A stretch of 64,000 bases of DNA from Burkholderiales bacterium. GTDB taxonomy: Bacteria; Pseudomonadota; Gammaproteobacteria; Burkholderiales; SG8-39. Location: the NCBI GenBank assembly GCA_026416295.1, contig JAOAFL010000041.1:3799-67798 (forward strand), given 5' to 3'. The stretch's first letter is position 1; the number at the start of each line of letters is the position of its first letter. The notes below the pieces were generated by a model, which saw only the letters and a program-made list of their open reading frames with translations, had not been told where the DNA came from and did no database searches. This document shows positions 1-9,453 of this stretch, one piece after another. The position numbers and the translations under genes are program-made.

Positions 1-2722
1 GCCGCAGCTGCGCGAGGCTCGCCTCGGCGCGGGCGAGCCGGGCGCGTTCCTCGGCGACCACCGTTGCCGGCGCGCGCTCGACGAAGGCGGCGTTCGCGAG
101 TTTCGCGCGCGAGCGCGCGATCTCGGCCTCCAGACGCGCGATCTCGCGCGCGAGGCGCTCGCGCTCGGCGCGCGCATCGACCTCGAGCCGCGCCATCAGG
201 CGATGGGGACCGACCACCGCGACCGGCGCACCGGCCTCGGGGAGCTCCGCGACCGCATCGAGCGTCGAGGCGCGAGCGAGCGCCCGCATCGCGACCGCAG
301 TCGCCGGCGAGGGGTCGCCCGTGATGAGAAAGCCGACGCGCGCGCTCGGCGCGACCTTCATCCCGCTTCTCAGGTGGCGCGCGGCGACGACCACGTCTTT
401 TGCGAGCGCCACCTCGCGTTCGGCCGTCTCGTCGATCCGCCCGGGGTCGGCCTGCGGCCAGGGCGCGAGCATGATCGTCTCGCCCCTCTTTCCGGCAAGC
501 GGCGCGATCGCCTGCCACAGCTCCTCGGTGATGAACGGGATGATCGGGTGCGCAAGCCGCAGCGCCGCCTCGAGCACCTCTACGAGCGTGCGACGGGTCG
601 CGCGCTGCGCTGCCTCGCCGCCGGCCGCAAGCTGCGCCTTCGCGACCTCCAGGTACCAGTCGCAGTACTCGTCCCACACGAAGCGGTAGATCGCGGAGGC
701 GGCGTGATCGAACCGGTAGGCGGCGAAGGCCTCGTCCACCTCCTGCGCGGCGCGCTGCAGCGCGCTCACGATCCAGCGGTCCCAGAGCGACAGCTCGACC
801 GGCGCTGCCGGATCCAGACCGCAGTCCCGTCCTTCGCAGTTGAGGAGCACGAAGCGCGCCGCGTTCCACAGCTTGTTGCAGAAATTGCGGTAGCCCTCGC
901 AGCGGCGCAGGTCGAAGTTGAGCGTGCGCGAAAAACTTGCGAGCGCGGCGAACGTGAAGCGCAGGGCGTCGGCTCCGAACGCCGGGATTCCGTCGGGAAA
1001 GTGCGCGCGCACGTAGCGTTCGATTCGCGCCTTGTGCTCGGGCCGCAGCAGCCCGACGGTGGATTTTTCGACGAGCGCATCGAGCGTGATGCCGTCGATC
1101 AGGTCGATCGGATCGAGCGTGTTGCCCTTCGACTTCGACATCTTCTGCCCTTCGGCGTCGCGCACGATCGCGTTGATGTAGACGTGCCGGAAGGGGACTT
1201 TGCCGGTGAAGTGCAGCGTCATCATCACCATCCGCGCGACCCAGAAGAAGATGATGTCGAAGCCGGTGACGAGCACCGAGGAGGGCAGGAACACCTCGAG
1301 GTCCTTCGTCTTCTCCGGCCAGCCGAGCGAGGAGAAGGGAACGAGCGCCGAGGAAAACCAGGTGTCGAGCACGTCCTCGTCGCGCACAAGCGGCGCACCG
1401 CCCGCAAGCCGCCGCGCTTCTGCCTCGCTGCGCGCGACATAGACGTTGCCTTCGGCGTCGTACCACGCCGGGATCTGGTGACCCCACCAGAGCTGGCGCG
1501 AGATGCACCAGTCCTGGATGTTCTCGAGCCAGTGGTTGTAGGTCGCCGCCCAGTGCTCGGGGAAGAACCGGATGTCGCCGCGCGCGACCGCCTCGAGCGC
1601 GGGCTTGGCGAGCGGCGCCGCGCGCACGAACCACTGGTCGGTGAGCATCGGCTCGACCACCACCCCGGTGCGCCCGGAGCGCGGCACGCGCAGGCGATAG
1701 GGCTTTTCCGAGACGAGCAGCCCCTGCGCACGGAGGTCCTCGACGATGCGGCTGCGCGCCTCGAACCGATCGAGCCCGTCGTATCGGGTGCCGCCGGTGA
1801 TCTTCGCTTCGAGGTCCATGATCTGAACGAGCGGCAGGCGGTGGCGCTCGCCGACCGCATAGTCGGCGAAATCGTGCGCCGGGGTCACCTTGACGCAGCC
1901 GGTGCCGAACGCGGGATCGACGAAGGGATCGGCGATCACCGGAATGCGCCGCCCGGTGAGCGGAAGCTCGACCGCCTTGCCGACGAAGCGGCGGTAGCGC
2001 TTGTCCTCCGGGTGAACGGCGACCGCGACGTCGCCGAGCATCGTCTCGGGGCGCGTCGTGGCGACGACGAGCGAGAACCCGTCGCCCGGGTAGCGGATCT
2101 CCCACAGCCGCCCGTCCTCCTCCTCGGTGTCCACCTCCAGGTCCGAGACCGCGGTGCCGAGCACCGGGTCCCAGTTGACCAGGCGCTTGCCGCGGTAGAT
2201 GAGCCCTTCTTCGTACAGGCGGACGAACACCTCGAGCACCGCGCGCGACATGCGCGCATCCATCGTGAAATAGCCGGCGCGCGCACCCTCGGCGTCGGCG
2301 TACGTCCAGTTGCCCGAGGCGCCGAGGCGCCGCATCTGGCGCGTGATGGTCGCGCCGGAGTGCTGCTTCCACTGCCAGACGCGCGCGAGGAACTTCTCGC
2401 GTCCGAGCGCGCGCCGCGAGGTCCCCTCGGCCTCGAGCTGGCGCTCGACCACGATCTGCGTGGCGATGCCGGCGTGATCGGTGCCCATCACCCAGTTGGC
2501 GTTGAACCCGCGCATGCGGTGAAGCCGGATGAGCGCGTCCATCAGCGTCTGCTGGAACGCGTGCCCCATGTGCAGCGTGCCGGTGACGTTGGGCGGCGGA
2601 AGCTGGATGCAGTAGGGCGGCTTCGGCGAGTCGGCGCTCGCGCCGAAGTAGCCGGCGCGCTCCCAGCGCTCGTACCAGCGCGCCTCGATCGCCTTCGGAT
2701 CGAAGCTCTTCGCGAGCGTCAT
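1..2722 (-). CDS. valS: valine--tRNA ligase (C-terminus lies beyond the left edge)
   Basis: My reverse-strand translation from ATG 2722-2720 reads [26 protein letters not shown]...[16 protein letters not shown] (HIGH-type motif) and later [12 protein letters not shown] (KMSKS, about 1125-1160). The frame is open to position 1, so it is absent from the ORF track. It sits in pepA-holC-valS synteny. Confidence 0.93.
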   Translation of the reverse strand, partial: MTLAKSFDPKAIEARWYERWERAGYFGASADSPKPPYCIQLPPPNVTGTLHMGHAFQQTLMDALIRLHRMRGFNANWVMGTDHAGIATQIVVERQLEAEGTSRRALGREKFLARVWQWKQHSGATITRQMRRLGASGNWTYADAEGARAGYFTMDARMSRAVLEVFVRLYEEGLIYRGKRLVNWDPVLGTAVSDLEVDTEEEDGRLWEIRYPGDGFSLVVATTRPETMLGDVAVAVHPEDKRYRRFVGKAVELPLTGRRIPVIADPFVDPAFGTGCVKVTPAHDFADYAVGERHRLPLVQIMDLEAKITGGTRYDGLDRFEARSRIVEDLRAQGLLVSEKPYRLRVPRSGRTGVVVEPMLTDQWFVRAAPLAKPALEAVARGDIRFFPEHWAATYNHWLENIQDWCISRQLWWGHQIPAWYDAEGNVYVARSEAEARRLAGGAPLVRDEDVLDTWFSSALVPFSSLGWPEKTKDLEVFLPSSVLVTGFDIIFFWVARMVMMTLHFTGKVPFRHVYINAIVRDAEGQKMSKSKGNTLDPIDLIDGITLDALVEKSTVGLLRPEHKARIERYVRAHFPDGIPAFGADALRFTFAALASFSRTLNFDLRRCEGYRNFCNKLWNAARFVLLNCEGRDCGLDPAAPVELSLWDRWIVSALQRAAQEVDEAFAAYRFDHAASAIYRFVWDEYCDWYLEVAKAQLAAGGEAAQRATRRTLVEVLEAALRLAHPIIPFITEELWQAIAPLAGKRGETIMLAPWPQADPGRIDETAEREVALAKDVVVAARHLRSGMKVAPSARVGFLITGDPSPATAVAMRALARASTLDAVAELPEAGAPVAVVGPHRLMARLEVDARAERERLAREIARLEAEIARSRAKLANAAFVERAPATVVAEERARLARAEASLAQLR

Positions 2723-3069
2723 CGGGATTCGCCTCCGCGGGGGGCGGCGGCCCGGGCGGCGAGCGCCGCGGCGACCGCCTCTTGCACCGCGCGGCGCACC
2801 GCCGATTCCAGCTCGGCGCGAAGCAGCGCAAGCCGCCGGTCGAGCTCGGGCGCAAGGCGTGCGAGCAGCGCGCGCTCGAGCTCCGCCGCGAGCGCGCGCG
2901 GGTCGACTCTCGCGTCGTATCCCCGGCGGGCTTCGGGTTCGACGACTTCGGTGAGCAGCGGCACGTCCGCGCTCGCCTCCGCGCGGCTTCGCAGCAGCTC
3001 GTCGACGCGGCGAACGAGCGGGTTCGTTTCGCGCGTCGTCATCGGGACCTCGGCGTTCGCCTCGCTCAT
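2719..3069 (-). CDS. hypothetical protein (116 aa, Ala/Arg/Glu-rich)
   Basis: Track ORF 2719..3069. Its ATG overlaps the holC stop (ATGA at 3066-3069) and its stop overlaps the valS ATG (2719-2722), which suggests translational coupling. I recognise no family. Confidence 0.5.
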   Translation of the reverse strand: MSEANAEVPMTTRETNPLVRRVDELLRSRAEASADVPLLTEVVEPEARRGYDARVDPRALAAELERALLARLAPELDRRLALLRAELESAVRRAVQEAVAAALAARAAAPRGGESR

Positions 3070-3497
3070 GCGCCGCTCTTTGCGCCGAGGTCGTGGGTGC
3101 GGATCGCGCAGCCCTGCTCGCGGTAGCGCGCGTAGCGCGCGCGCGCAAGCCGCCGATCCTCCTCGTCAGTCGTCACGACCTCGAGGATCCGCGCGTAGCG
3201 CTCGAACCCCGGCGGACACGCGGGGCAGAGGTTGAGCAGCACCGCGCCCTCGGGCGCAGCCTGGGGCTGCAGCCCGATCAGCACCGGCGTTTCGGGCGCA
3301 AGCGGATCGCCGTCCATGCAGTGCGGCACGAACGCGGTCGCCGGCCAGGCCCACAGCAGCCGATCGAGCCGCTCGGCTGCCGCCGGATCGGGCACGAGCA
3401 CGTGCATGCGCCGGCCCTGCGCCGCCGCCTTGCCGGCGAGGCGGCAGGCGGTGCGCTCGCGGTCGGCGACGTTGATGTAGAAATCGACCGTCGTCAT
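3066..3497 (-). CDS. holC: DNA polymerase III subunit chi
   Basis: The last 143 aa of track ORF 3066..4940 read [35 protein letters not shown]...[18 protein letters not shown]. Size, sequence style and the position between pepA and valS fit holC. The ATG at 3497 overlaps the pepA stop by 4 nt. Confidence 0.85.
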   Translation of the reverse strand: MTTVDFYINVADRERTACRLAGKAAAQGRRMHVLVPDPAAAERLDRLLWAWPATAFVPHCMDGDPLAPETPVLIGLQPQAAPEGAVLLNLCPACPPGFERYARILEVVTTDEEDRRLARARYARYREQGCAIRTHDLGAKSGA

Positions 3498-4987
3498 GCG
3501 CGCTCCGCGTACCGCAACGCGAAACGCACGAGAAGGGGCACCGGCCGCCCCGTCGAGCCCTTTTCGCGGCCGCTGCGCCAGGCGGTGCCGGCGATGTCCA
3601 GGTGCGCCCAGCGATATTTTTTCGCGAAGCGCGAAAGGAAACAGGCGGCGGTCACCGCCCCCGCCGGCCGGCCGCCGACGTTCGCGACATCGGCGAAATT
3701 CGAACGCAGCTGCTCCTGGTAGTCCTCCCACAGCGGCAGCCGCCAGACGCGGTCCCAGGTTTCCTCGCCCGCGCGCTCGATCATCTCGGCGAGGCGATCG
3801 TCGTTCGCGAACAGGCCGCTCGCGACATGGCCGAGCGCGATCACGCACGCGCCGGTGAGAGTGGCGACGTCGAGCACCGCCGCGGGCGCGAAGCGCTCGG
3901 CGTAGGCGAGCGCGTCGCACAGAATGAGACGCCCTTCGGCGTCGGTGTTGAGGATCTCGACCGTCTGGCCCGACATCGTCTTCACCACGTCGCCCGGGCG
4001 CGTCGCCGCGCCGCCCGGCATGTTTTCGCAGGCCGGAATCAGGCCGACGACATCGAGCGGGGCGCGCAGCTGCGCGAGCGCGGCGAGCGCGCCGAGCACG
4101 CTCGCCGCGCCCGACATGTCGAATTTCATCTCGTCCATGTCGGCCGCGGGCTTGAGCGAAATGCCGCCGGTGTCGAAGGTGATGCCCTTGCCGATCAGGA
4201 CGAGCGGTTTCGCGCGCCGCGCAGCGCCGCGGTAGCGCAGCACGATCAGCTTCGGGGGCTGGTGCGAGCCCCGCGTCACCGCCAGCAGCGCCCCCATGCC
4301 GAGGCGCGCCATGTGGCGGCGCTCGAGCACCCGCACGCCGAGGCGGTGGCGGCGCGCGACCCGCCGCGCTTCCTCGGCGAGCCGCGCCGGGGTGAGGATG
4401 TTCGCGGGCAGGTTGCCGAGCCGGCGCGCGAGGTCGGCCCCGTCGGCGGCGGCCGTCGCCTCCTCGAGCGCCGCGCGCGCGCTCGCCGGAACGCGCGGTG
4501 CGGCCGCGAGCGCGAGCGCGAGCGTCGCGAGCTTCGGCGCCGGCGCCTTCTTCTCGGTCTTCAGTTCGTCGAAGCGGTAAAACGCCTCGCGCGCAACGAG
4601 CACCGCGTGGCGCACCGCGTCCTCGAGGCCGCGATCGGCGACCGCGAAGTCCTCGACGAACAGCGTCGCATCGCGCGCGCCCAGCCCGGCGAGCGCCTGC
4701 GCCGCGCCGCGCAGCGCCTCGCGCATCGCGCGCACGCCGTAGTCGGCGCGCTCGCCGAGCGAGACGAGGAGCACCCGTTCGGCGGCGAGGCCCGCGGGGC
4801 GGTACACGAGCGCGGTCGCGCCGGCCTTCGCGCCGAGGTCGCCCTGGGCGACGAGGCGCGCGAGCAGCCCGCCGGCGGCGCGATCGGCGCGGCGCGCCGC
4901 CTCGCCGAGCGCCGCGCCGTGCACGCCGAGCACGAGGCATCCGGTCCTCGCCGACTCCGGCGCCGCCGTCCTTATGCTACATTCCAC
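3494..4987 (-). CDS. pepA: leucyl aminopeptidase (M17)
   Basis: C-terminal part of track ORF 3494..6067 carries VLIGKGITFDTGGISLKP and EILNTDAEGRLILCDAL. GTG 4987 (VECSIRTAAPES...) is preceded by GAGGAGG at 5-nt spacing. An alternative ATG lies at 5032. Confidence 0.9.
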   Translation of the reverse strand: MECSIRTAAPESARTGCLVLGVHGAALGEAARRADRAAGGLLARLVAQGDLGAKAGATALVYRPAGLAAERVLLVSLGERADYGVRAMREALRGAAQALAGLGARDATLFVEDFAVADRGLEDAVRHAVLVAREAFYRFDELKTEKKAPAPKLATLALALAAAPRVPASARAALEEATAAADGADLARRLGNLPANILTPARLAEEARRVARRHRLGVRVLERRHMARLGMGALLAVTRGSHQPPKLIVLRYRGAARRAKPLVLIGKGITFDTGGISLKPAADMDEMKFDMSGAASVLGALAALAQLRAPLDVVGLIPACENMPGGAATRPGDVVKTMSGQTVEILNTDAEGRLILCDALAYAERFAPAAVLDVATLTGACVIALGHVASGLFANDDRLAEMIERAGEETWDRVWRLPLWEDYQEQLRSNFADVANVGGRPAGAVTAACFLSRFAKKYRWAHLDIAGTAWRSGREKGSTGRPVPLLVRFALRYAERA

Positions 4988-5068
4988 CGTCGCCTCCTCG
5001 CGAACTGTTTTCCGAGGGGCGAATGATCGCATGATCCCGCGCGGTTGCGCGCCCGGTCGCAGGTCGCG

Positions 5069-6142
5069 ATGATCTTCCAGCGTGCGCTGCTGCGCGAGAT
5101 GGCGAACCTCGCCGCGGCGACCTTCGTCGCTCTGTTCCTGATCGCGCTCACCATGCGGCTCGTGCGCCTGCTCGGGCAGGCCGCCGGCGGCAAGCTGCCG
5201 TCGGACGCGGTGCTCGCGTTCCTCGGCTTTTTCGCGCTGTACGTGCTGCCGGTGCTGCTGTCGCTCGCGCTGTTCATCGCGGTGCTGCTCGCCCTCACGC
5301 GCGCGTTCCGCGACTCCGAGATGGTGATCTGGTTCGGCGCAGGGCTCGCGCCTTCGGCGTGGGTCCGGCCGGTCCTCGCGTTCGCCGCGCCGCTCGTCGC
5401 AGTGATCGCGGCGCTCGCGATGTTCATCTCGCCCTGGGCGGCGGCGCGCAGCGACGAGTACCGCGCGCGCCTGGAGGCGCGCGACGAGGTCTCGCGCGTC
5501 GAGCCCGGCGCTTTTGCCGAGTCGCGCAGCCGGGCGCGCGTCTATTTCGTCGAGGCCGCCCCCGAGCCGGGCACGGTGCGCAACGTCTTCGTGAACAGCG
5601 TGCAGCACGGCCGCAGCGGCGTCATGATGAGCGCGCGCGCCTGGACCGAGACCGCGCCGAACGGCGACCGGTTTCTCGTGCTGATCGACGGGCGGCGCTA
5701 CGAGGGCACGCCCGGCGCGGCCGACTTCCGCGTGATGGAGTTCGACCGCTACGCGCTGCGCATCGAGGCGCGCGAGGGCCCGCAGCCCGAGGCGAGCGCG
5801 CGCAGCCTCTCGACCGCGGCGCTCATCGCCCGCCCGACGCCGCAGAACCTCGGCGAGCTTGTCTGGCGCGTGGGCGTTCCGGTGTCGGCGCTCGTGCTGG
5901 CGTTGCTCGCGATCCCGCTCGCGTTCGTCAATCCGCGCGCGGGCCGCTCGCTCAACCTGCTCTTCGCGCTGCTCGTGTACATGACCTACTCGAACCTGCT
6001 GTCGGTGAGCCAGGCGCGCGTCGCGCAGGGCAAGCTCGATTTTGCGCTCGGGGTGTGGCTGGTGCACGGCGCGATGCTCGCGGTCCTCGCCGCGCTCTTT
6101 GCCTGGCGCGCGGCGCCGCTGCGGCTGCGCTGGCGCCGCTGA
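5069..6142 (+). CDS. lptF: LPS export ABC transporter permease LptF
   Basis: Track ORF 5045..6142. ATG 5069 gives MIFQRALLREMANLAAATFVALFLIAL, a typical LptF/YjgP N-terminus. The gene is divergent from pepA as in E. coli. TTG 5045 is the longest possible start. Confidence 0.85.
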   Translation: MIFQRALLREMANLAAATFVALFLIALTMRLVRLLGQAAGGKLPSDAVLAFLGFFALYVLPVLLSLALFIAVLLALTRAFRDSEMVIWFGAGLAPSAWVRPVLAFAAPLVAVIAALAMFISPWAAARSDEYRARLEARDEVSRVEPGAFAESRSRARVYFVEAAPEPGTVRNVFVNSVQHGRSGVMMSARAWTETAPNGDRFLVLIDGRRYEGTPGAADFRVMEFDRYALRIEAREGPQPEASARSLSTAALIARPTPQNLGELVWRVGVPVSALVLALLAIPLAFVNPRAGRSLNLLFALLVYMTYSNLLSVSQARVAQGKLDFALGVWLVHGAMLAVLAALFAWRAAPLRLRWRR

Positions 6143-6147
6143 GCCGC

Positions 6148-7263
6148 GTGCCGACGCTCGAGCGGTATCTCGCGCGCCAGATCGTCGGCGCGGTGGCGTT
6201 CGTGCTCGCCGGCTTTCTCGCGCTGTTCGCGTTTTTCGACCTGATCGGCGAGCTGAAGGACCTCGGTCACGGCGCCTATCACCTGCGCGAGATCTTCCTC
6301 GTGGTCGCGCTGTGGGTGCCGGGGCACGCCTACGAACTGATGCCGGTCGCGGTGCTGATCGGCACGCTCTACGTGCTCGCGCACCTGTCGAGCAACTCGG
6401 AATACACCGCGATGCGCGCGGCGGGGCTGTCGCCGGCTCGCGCGGCGCGCGCGCTGGCGAAGATCGGCGTCGCGTTTGCGGCGGCGACGTTCGCGATCGG
6501 CGAGTGGATCGCGCCCCACACCGAGCAGGCCGCGCAGCAGACCCGCATGCGCGCGATGCATTCCCTGATCGGCCAGGGGCTCGAGTCCGGTCTCTGGTTC
6601 AAGGACGGCCAGACCTTCATCAACGTGCGCGAGGCGCGCGATCCGGCGGCGCTGAAGGGGGTGCGGATCTACGAATTCGACGGCGCGCGGCGGTTGCGCG
6701 CGGTGAGCGAGGCGCAGCGCGCGCTGTACGCGGGCGAGGGCTTGTGGCGACTGGACCAGGTGGTGCAGACGCGTCTGGAAGACGACGGTCCGCGGGTCGC
6801 GCGCTTCGCCTCGCTCGAATGGCGCTCGGCGGTCACCCCGGACATGCTGCGCGTGCTGATCGTGCATCCCGAGCGCATGTCGGCGTGGACGCTCGCCAAG
6901 TACATCCGGCACCTCGCCGACAACCGCCAGAAGACCGAGCGCTACGAGATCGCGCTCTGGAAAAAGCTCTTCTATCCGCTTGCCGCGTTCGTCATGATGG
7001 CGCTCGCGCTGCCGTTCGCGTACCTGCACGCGCGCTCCGGGATGGTCGGCTTGAAGGTGTTCCTCGGCATCATGCTGGGGATCGCGTTCCACATGCTGAA
7101 CGGATTGCTTTCGCACGTCGGCCTGATCCAGCGCTGGCCCCCGCTCGCGGCGGCGGCGCTGCCCGGCGCGCTGTTTCTCGCCACCGCGGCGCTGATGATG
7201 TGGTGGATCGAGCGGGTCCGGCCGGTGTGGGTGCGGCTGCGGGCTGCGTTGCTTGCGCGCTGA
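6148..7263 (+). CDS. lptG: LPS export ABC transporter permease LptG
   Basis: In-frame GTG 6148 within track ORF 5359..7263 gives VPTLERYLARQIVGAVAFVLAGFLALFAFFDLIGELKDLG... It lies 5 nt after the lptF stop. Confidence 0.85.
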   Translation: MPTLERYLARQIVGAVAFVLAGFLALFAFFDLIGELKDLGHGAYHLREIFLVVALWVPGHAYELMPVAVLIGTLYVLAHLSSNSEYTAMRAAGLSPARAARALAKIGVAFAAATFAIGEWIAPHTEQAAQQTRMRAMHSLIGQGLESGLWFKDGQTFINVREARDPAALKGVRIYEFDGARRLRAVSEAQRALYAGEGLWRLDQVVQTRLEDDGPRVARFASLEWRSAVTPDMLRVLIVHPERMSAWTLAKYIRHLADNRQKTERYEIALWKKLFYPLAAFVMMALALPFAYLHARSGMVGLKVFLGIMLGIAFHMLNGLLSHVGLIQRWPPLAAAALPGALFLATAALMMWWIERVRPVWVRLRAALLAR

Positions 7264-7291
7264 AGCCGCACCGCAGCCGCGGCCGCGACCG

Positions 7292-7831
7292 TCACCCGGG
7301 GGGACGGGAGGGCGTTTGCGCTTGCGGCGCGCGCGCGTCGGGGCGCGCGACCAGCTCGAGGCGCGTTCCCGCGAGCCGGTCGTGCAGGAACTGACCGTCG
7401 CGGTCGACGAGCGCCCAGCCGAGGCCGACGCCGGCGATCGCGAACGCGACGAGCGCAAGCGGGGGTTCGCGGTAGGCGACGGCGGCGGCGAGCGAGGCGA
7501 GCAATGCCCCGACCCACGCGCTCGCACAGGCAAAGCGCGCCAACGCGCGCGCCGGCGGCAGGCGCTCATGGCCGGGGGCGACCAGACGGATGCGCCAGGC
7601 TTTCATCGCGAGCGTCTGGCCGCCCCGCAGCCAGCACCAGAGAAAATACGCGGCGAAAACGAGCAACAGGAACGCCTGCAGCAGCGGCCGTCGCCAACCG
7701 TCGATGCGCGGCGTGCCGGCGGCAAGCTGAAATACCGAGGTCGCGACGAACGCGATCGCGGCGAGCAGCAATGCCTCGTAGAGCATGCTCGCCAGCCGCC
7801 GCGCGAGGCTCGGCGTCGGACCGACCGGCAC
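7292..7831 (-). CDS. RDD family membrane protein
   Basis: 179-aa track ORF with ARRLASMLYEALLLAAIAFV, WRRPLLQAFLLLVFAAYFLWCW and LAMKAWRIRLV, which is an RDD-type pattern. Confidence 0.7.
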   Translation of the reverse strand: MPVGPTPSLARRLASMLYEALLLAAIAFVATSVFQLAAGTPRIDGWRRPLLQAFLLLVFAAYFLWCWLRGGQTLAMKAWRIRLVAPGHERLPPARALARFACASAWVGALLASLAAAVAYREPPLALVAFAIAGVGLGWALVDRDGQFLHDRLAGTRLELVARPDARAPQAQTPSRPPG

Positions 7832-7838
7832 GCAAAAA

Positions 7839-8366
7839 TCAGGGGTAAGACGGAACGATGTACGGGCGCGAGGCCGGCGCCTTCGCGGGCGAAGCGCGGC
7901 GCTTGCGCGCCTCGGCCCGGGTCTCGACCGGCGGCACGTCGAACATGCGCCGCTCCTCGGGCGAAAGCGACTGGTACTCGGCCCAGTAGCGGCGCAGCTC
8001 CTCGCGCCGCTCCGGCGCGATCTTCTCGAGGTTGCGGTACTGCTGGCGCGCCTTCCAGCGTTCCTCGGTGCTCAGCCGCGCCCATTTCTCCATGCGCCGT
8101 TGCACCCGCTGCTGCTCTTCCGCGCTCATCGCCGGATAGCGCTGCGCGATGCCGAGCCACTTGCGCTTCTGCTCGGGCGTGAGCGCGTTCCAATCCTCGC
8201 GCAGCGGCGCGAGCACTTGCTGCTGGTCGGCGGTGAGCGCGGCCCACTCGGGCCCCTTGCCGGAGGCGGCCTCGGCCGGTGCGCCGGTCGCGAGCGCGAG
8301 CGCCGCGACGAGCGCCCCGAGCGCCGCCCGCGCGCGCGCTAGCCGCCGGTGCGCTTTTTGAGCCAC
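7839..8366 (-). CDS. secreted repeat protein, DUF3106-like
   Basis: 175 aa with a signal peptide (ALGALVAALALATGAPAEA). It then has repeated W..L(S/T)PE(E/Q)(R/K) units (WNALTPEQKRKW, MSAEEQQRVQRRMEKW, LSTEERWKARQQY, LSPEERRMF). The family name is recalled from memory. Confidence 0.65.
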   Translation of the reverse strand: MAQKAHRRLARARAALGALVAALALATGAPAEAASGKGPEWAALTADQQQVLAPLREDWNALTPEQKRKWLGIAQRYPAMSAEEQQRVQRRMEKWARLSTEERWKARQQYRNLEKIAPERREELRRYWAEYQSLSPEERRMFDVPPVETRAEARKRRASPAKAPASRPYIVPSYP

Positions 8367-8719
8367 GCTTCGAACCCCTTGTCGAGGTAGGCTTCGATCG
8401 GCAGGTCATCGGCGAGCAGCCGCGCGTCGATCTCCTCCACCTCGGCGGCGGTCTGTTCCTTCTGCCACGAGTAGATTCCCGCCAGCCCGGCGAGCGCCAC
8501 GACGAGCGGCAGCAGCACGCGACGGGCAAAATCGCCGAGTCCGCCCGCGCGGCCGAGAACGCCGGCCGCGACCACCAAGTCGGCCTCGGCGCGTTCGAGC
8601 TTTTGCGCGGCGAGCGCCCGCTCGCGTGCCTCGCGCAGCCGCGCGAGGGCGCGCGGGCTGAGCCTCGTGCCCTCGTTCAGGGCCTGGCGGATTTTGAGTC
8701 CGAAGCTGATCTCGTTCAT
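8339..8719 (-). CDS. single-pass membrane protein, DUF3619-like (possible anti-sigma factor)
   Basis: 126 aa, MNEISFGLKIRQALNEGTRLSPRALARLREARERAL..., with one TM helix (LLPLVVALAGLAGIY). It lies immediately downstream of the ECF sigma gene. Confidence 0.6.
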   Translation of the reverse strand: MNEISFGLKIRQALNEGTRLSPRALARLREARERALAAQKLERAEADLVVAAGVLGRAGGLGDFARRVLLPLVVALAGLAGIYSWQKEQTAAEVEEIDARLLADDLPIEAYLDKGFEAWLKKRTGG

Positions 8720-8734
8720 CGCTTTACCGACGCT

Positions 8735-9235
8735 TCAGAGCGTGATCCCGCGCGCCTTCAGCGCAGCCGCAAGCGCGTGCGCCGCCCGGGAGCAGTGCGT
8801 TTTTACGCTACCCTCCGTGCAGCCCATCACCTTCGCGGTCTCCGCGACGTCGAGTTCCTCCCAGTAACGCAGGAGGAACGCCTGGCGTTGACGGGCGGGG
8901 AGTTTGGCCACCTCTTCGTTAATGATTTCAACGACTTGCGACCTTTCCAGCTGGTCGGCCGGATGTGCCTCCGAGTTCGACAACGCCTCCGTGCGCAGAG
9001 TTTCCAGCGGATCGTGCTCTTCGTCCTCCTGAGCCGGCGAAAGCGCCGAAAGCAACGTCATCCACAGCGAACGCGCGCGCTGGCGGCGATACCAGTCGCG
9101 AATCGCGTTCTGCAGAATGCGCTGGAAAAGCGGCGGCAGTTCGGTCGCCGGCCGGTCGCCGTAGCGTTCGGCGAGCCGCAACATCGCGTCCTGCACGATG
9201 TCGAGCGCGGCGTCCTCGTCGCGAACCGCGAACAT
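8735..9235 (-). CDS. ECF-type RNA polymerase sigma-70 factor (true start probably upstream, see findings)
   Basis: DIVQDAMLRLAERYG...FQRILQNAIRDWYRR reads as region 2. LPARQRQAFLLRYWEELDVAETAKVMGCTEGSVKTHCSRA reads as the region 4 HTH. Confidence 0.85.
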   Translation of the reverse strand: MFAVRDEDAALDIVQDAMLRLAERYGDRPATELPPLFQRILQNAIRDWYRRQRARSLWMTLLSALSPAQEDEEHDPLETLRTEALSNSEAHPADQLERSQVVEIINEEVAKLPARQRQAFLLRYWEELDVAETAKVMGCTEGSVKTHCSRAAHALAAALKARGITL

Positions 9236-9391
9236 CGCCTGCCGGAACGCCCGTCGCTCGACGTCCTGCAGAAACGCCGATAGCTCGCTGCGGGATGCCA
9301 GAGGGGTCCCTCTCTTGCCGGGCGCGCTCGGAGGTTCTTGTTGTCGCGGGTGATGTTACCAAAGCGGACGCGCCGCGCCCGGTCCGCCGCC

Positions 9392-9420
9392 TTGACCGCA
9401 GCGCAACAAGCGGTTAAGGT
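9392..9420 (+). promoter_or_regulatory. candidate sigma-70 promoter for ilvI (TTGACC - 17 nt - TAAGGT)
   Basis: TTGACC at 9392-9397, an exact 17-nt spacer, then TAAGGT at 9415-9420, about 35 nt upstream of the ilvI ATG. This is a sequence match only. Confidence 0.3.
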
Positions 9421-9453
9421 CCAACGTTTTCATCGGCTTTTGCGGCGAACGCG

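Noticed and set aside
203-3235. 1010-aa ORF on the plus strand
   Set aside because: It is antisense to valS, the small ORF and holC. Its composition is Arg/Ala/Gly/Asp-rich shadow-ORF composition typical of 70% GC DNA. The opposite strand carries unmistakable ValRS motifs.
9302-9453. Ile/Val/Leu leader peptide upstream of ilvI
   Set aside because: The plus strand of this intergenic region has no ATG-initiated short ORF. I saw only a promoter-like TTGACC/TAAGGT pair.
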